Shown here piece after piece: positions 61,575 to 64,000 of a stretch of DNA of 64,000 nt. How positions within the stretch are numbered: the stretch's first letter is position 1; each line of letters begins with the position of its first letter. A model generated the notes under the pieces. The model did not search any database. It was not told where the DNA came from and was given only the letters and a program-made list of their open reading frames with translations. The stretch comes from Macrostomum lignano (Eukaryota). The translations under genes and the position numbers were made by a program. The DNA lies in NCBI GenBank assembly GCA_002269645.1, contig NIVC01000997.1, positions 248,001 to 312,000 of the forward strand, in the 5' to 3' direction.

Positions 61575-63089
61575 AATCTATCCATCTACTCTACCGAGGC
61601 CAGCGGAATGGCCAGAATTGCCTCAGCGCTGGTCATCAAGGCGTTGCGCCAGGGTGCCCAGCAGGCCTCTAAGCAAATATTTGTATATGATCAATCTAAA
61701 CCGATCTGTCTATAAATAGATCTGATGTAGACAAACCTGCTTCAGCTTCCGCTCAGCCTCCGCAGCCTTCAGCCGTTTCTGCTGCACATATCTATCCGTA
61801 GTCTTCCACATATAGAAATACTCCACAATTGCTTTCATCGATTTCCACGGCAGAAAATCTTGTCGAATATCGTGAAAATCTTTGCCGTACTTTTCCATGG
61901 CCTCCTCGAACAGGTTGCTCTCCCCGGCCGACCAATCCTCGAGCTCGTCTCGGCATAGCAACGGCCCGGCGTCGCTAACCAAAGCACAGAATGCTCGGCC
62001 TAAATCGTAGCCATTCGAGTGCAGAGTTTTGTAGGCGTGCGCCTGAGTGCAGTCGCGACCGGCGGAGGCGGCTGCCAGGCCAAGGCCAGGTTGGCGAGTG
62101 GCGCTACTGGCGTCCATGGCGCGGGCCAGCGTGCCAACGGCGCGGGACACCAGCAGATATCTGGCGCGAGTGTGGGAGTGCGCTCCATGCAGTATTATGG
62201 ACCATGCCTAATGGATTATGGACCATGCCTAATGGATTATGGACCATGCCTAATGGATTATGGGCTATGCCTAATGGATTATGGGCCATGCCTAATGGAT
62301 ATGTGGCGACTCTTAATGGGTATTAAGCGGCATTTTTTAATTTGTTAATAGATAACCGATTTTAATTTGCACAATACTACTATGAATAGGATTTAAATGG
62401 CAATTTTTTCATGCGGATTAAGGGCCGGCTTCTCAATGAAGATTAAGAAACTATACTTAACTGGGATTAATTAACAAGCGAACCTCTTGAGGCTGAGCCA
62501 CGATTATACTATATGATTAAGATCAAAAGGCAATTCTAAACAGTAGATAAGTCTTCCGTCTGCCTGCAGTCCCTATTAGCTGATCATTACCTATCTATAT
62601 CGCTACTCTGCAGTCCATTGTCCGGACGCCAGACCAGCTCCTCTAAGCTGGCCGAATCCTCTCGACCATCTGACTCGCCCTGGGCCAGCAGCGGCTGCAC
62701 CTCGGCCTGGTAGCGCCCGCCAACCCGGATCTCGCCTCGGTCGGCTAGCAGAGTCTTCTGCGAGCTGTCGTACATTAGCGTATAATAGAACGCGTCCTCC
62801 CGATTCAGATAAGACATTAACGATTCCGTCTCGTTCAGCAGCGTCACCGAACACTTTCCTCGAATAGTAGTGGCCGGCAGAGTTTCAACTTGCCGCGACA
62901 GGAACAGTTCCCGGTGCTTTAATTGGTGCCGCTGCGAGTCGGACAAGCCGCTATTGCCGCTGCTACCGTTGCTATTTGTGTTCGAGTCGCCTGCAGCCGT
63001 GGCAACTACACCATCGACTGGTTTGTCCTTGTCGCTAGCGGATTCAGGCGTCTGAGCCGAATTTGAATCTTCCTCTTCGTCGATGTAGC
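59563..63089 (-). CDS. MTA1: Metastasis-associated protein (MTA1/MTA3 family, NuRD subunit), 5'-partial
   Basis: Exons 62591-63089, 61737-62160, 59563-60897 with phases consistent. BAH tail ([33 protein letters not shown]), ELM2 ([13 protein letters not shown]), SANT ([32 protein letters not shown]...[16 protein letters not shown]), GATA finger (CESC...[16 protein letters not shown]) and C2H2 finger. Upstream exons lie beyond the window; the paralog number cannot be assigned. Confidence 0.93.
60975..61590. repeat. (TCTA/TCAA/TGTC)n microsatellite, MTA intron
   Basis: Seen directly. Confidence 0.95.
62190..62300. repeat. 21-bp tandem repeat (ATTATGGACCATGCCTAATGG) x~5, MTA intron
   Basis: Seen directly. 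Confidence 0.9.
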
Positions 63090-63117
63090 CTGATGGTAAA
63101 ATAGGAATCGTTGTCAG

Positions 63118-64000
63118 GTCCCCGATGAATGATCCCAAATCCCTGCGATTCTAGTCCCCAATCCCCGATGCATGATCCCAAATCCCTGCGATTCTAGTTC
63201 CGAATCCCCGATGCATGATCTCAAATCCCTGCGATTCTAGTCCCCAATCCCCGATGCATGATCCCAAATCCCTGCGATTCTAGTCCCCAATCCCCGATGC
63301 ATGATCCCAAATCCCTGCGATTCTAGTCCCCAATCCCCGACGCATGATCCCAAATCCCTGCGATTCTAGTCCCCAATCCCCGATGCATGATCCCAAATCC
63401 CTGCGATTCTAGTCCCCAATCCCCGATGCATGATCCCAAATCCCTGCGATTCTAGTCCCCAATCCCCGATGAATGATCCCAAATCCCTGCGATTCTAGTC
63501 CCCAATCCCCGATGAATGATCCCAAATCCCTGCGATTCTAGTCCCCAATGCCCGATGCATGATCCCAAATCCCTGCGATTCTAGTTCCGAATCCCCGATG
63601 CATGATCCCAAATCCCTGCGATTCTAGTCCCCAATCCCCGATGCATGATCCCAAATCCCTGCGATTCTAGTCCCCAATCCCCGACGCATGATCCCAAATC
63701 CCTGCGATTCTACTCCCCAATCCCCGATGCATGATCCCAAATCCCTGCGATTCTAGTCCCCAATGCCCGATGCATGATCCCAAATCCCTGCGATTCTAGT
63801 CCCCAATCCCCGACGCATGATCCCAAATCCCTGCGATTCTAGTCCCCAATGCCCGATGAATCATCCCAAATCCCTGCGATTCTAGTCCCCAATCCCCGAT
63901 GAATGATCCCAAATCCCTGCGATTCTAGTCCCCAATGCCCGATGCATGATCCCAAATCCCTGCGATTCTAGTTCCCAATCCCCGATGCATGATCCCAAAT
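63118..64000. repeat. 43-bp minisatellite (GATCCCAAATCCCTGCGATTCTAGTCCCCAATCCCCGATGCAT), MTA intron, runs off the right edge
   Basis: About 20 copies; period 43 bp (63131 to 63174). Confidence 0.97.

Overview
Eukaryotic (invertebrate animal) genomic DNA with GC-rich exons in AT-rich, repeat-saturated non-coding sequence. The style resembles a free-living flatworm such as Macrostomum, but that is inference only. I reconstructed spliced genes by hand from GT-AG sites and reading phase: GCLM (minus, 4 exons), an uncharacterised ~678-aa gene head-to-head with it (plus, 8 exons), a TMEM63/CSC1 channel (minus, 12 exons including an 18-nt microexon), a TTC17-like TPR membrane protein (plus, 3 exons), the 3' part of a divergent GPCR-like protein (minus) and the 3' part of an MTA/NuRD subunit (minus). 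Most long introns hold their own, different minisatellite, and most long ORFs in the supplied track are translations of these repeats. Mobile DNA: a near-intact Chapaev-type transposase (RAG1-N-like zinc finger, one in-frame TGA) inside 125-bp inverted repeats that start with CAC and are flanked by a 5-bp duplication; a mariner derivative with ~200-bp TIRs; a possible 9.8-kb CCC-ended EnSpm-like relic containing a Ty3/gypsy remnant; and MITEs. The two best leads are the Chapaev element with Transib/RAG-like ends and a 33-bp minisatellite built from RFX X-box motifs in the last TMEM63 intron.
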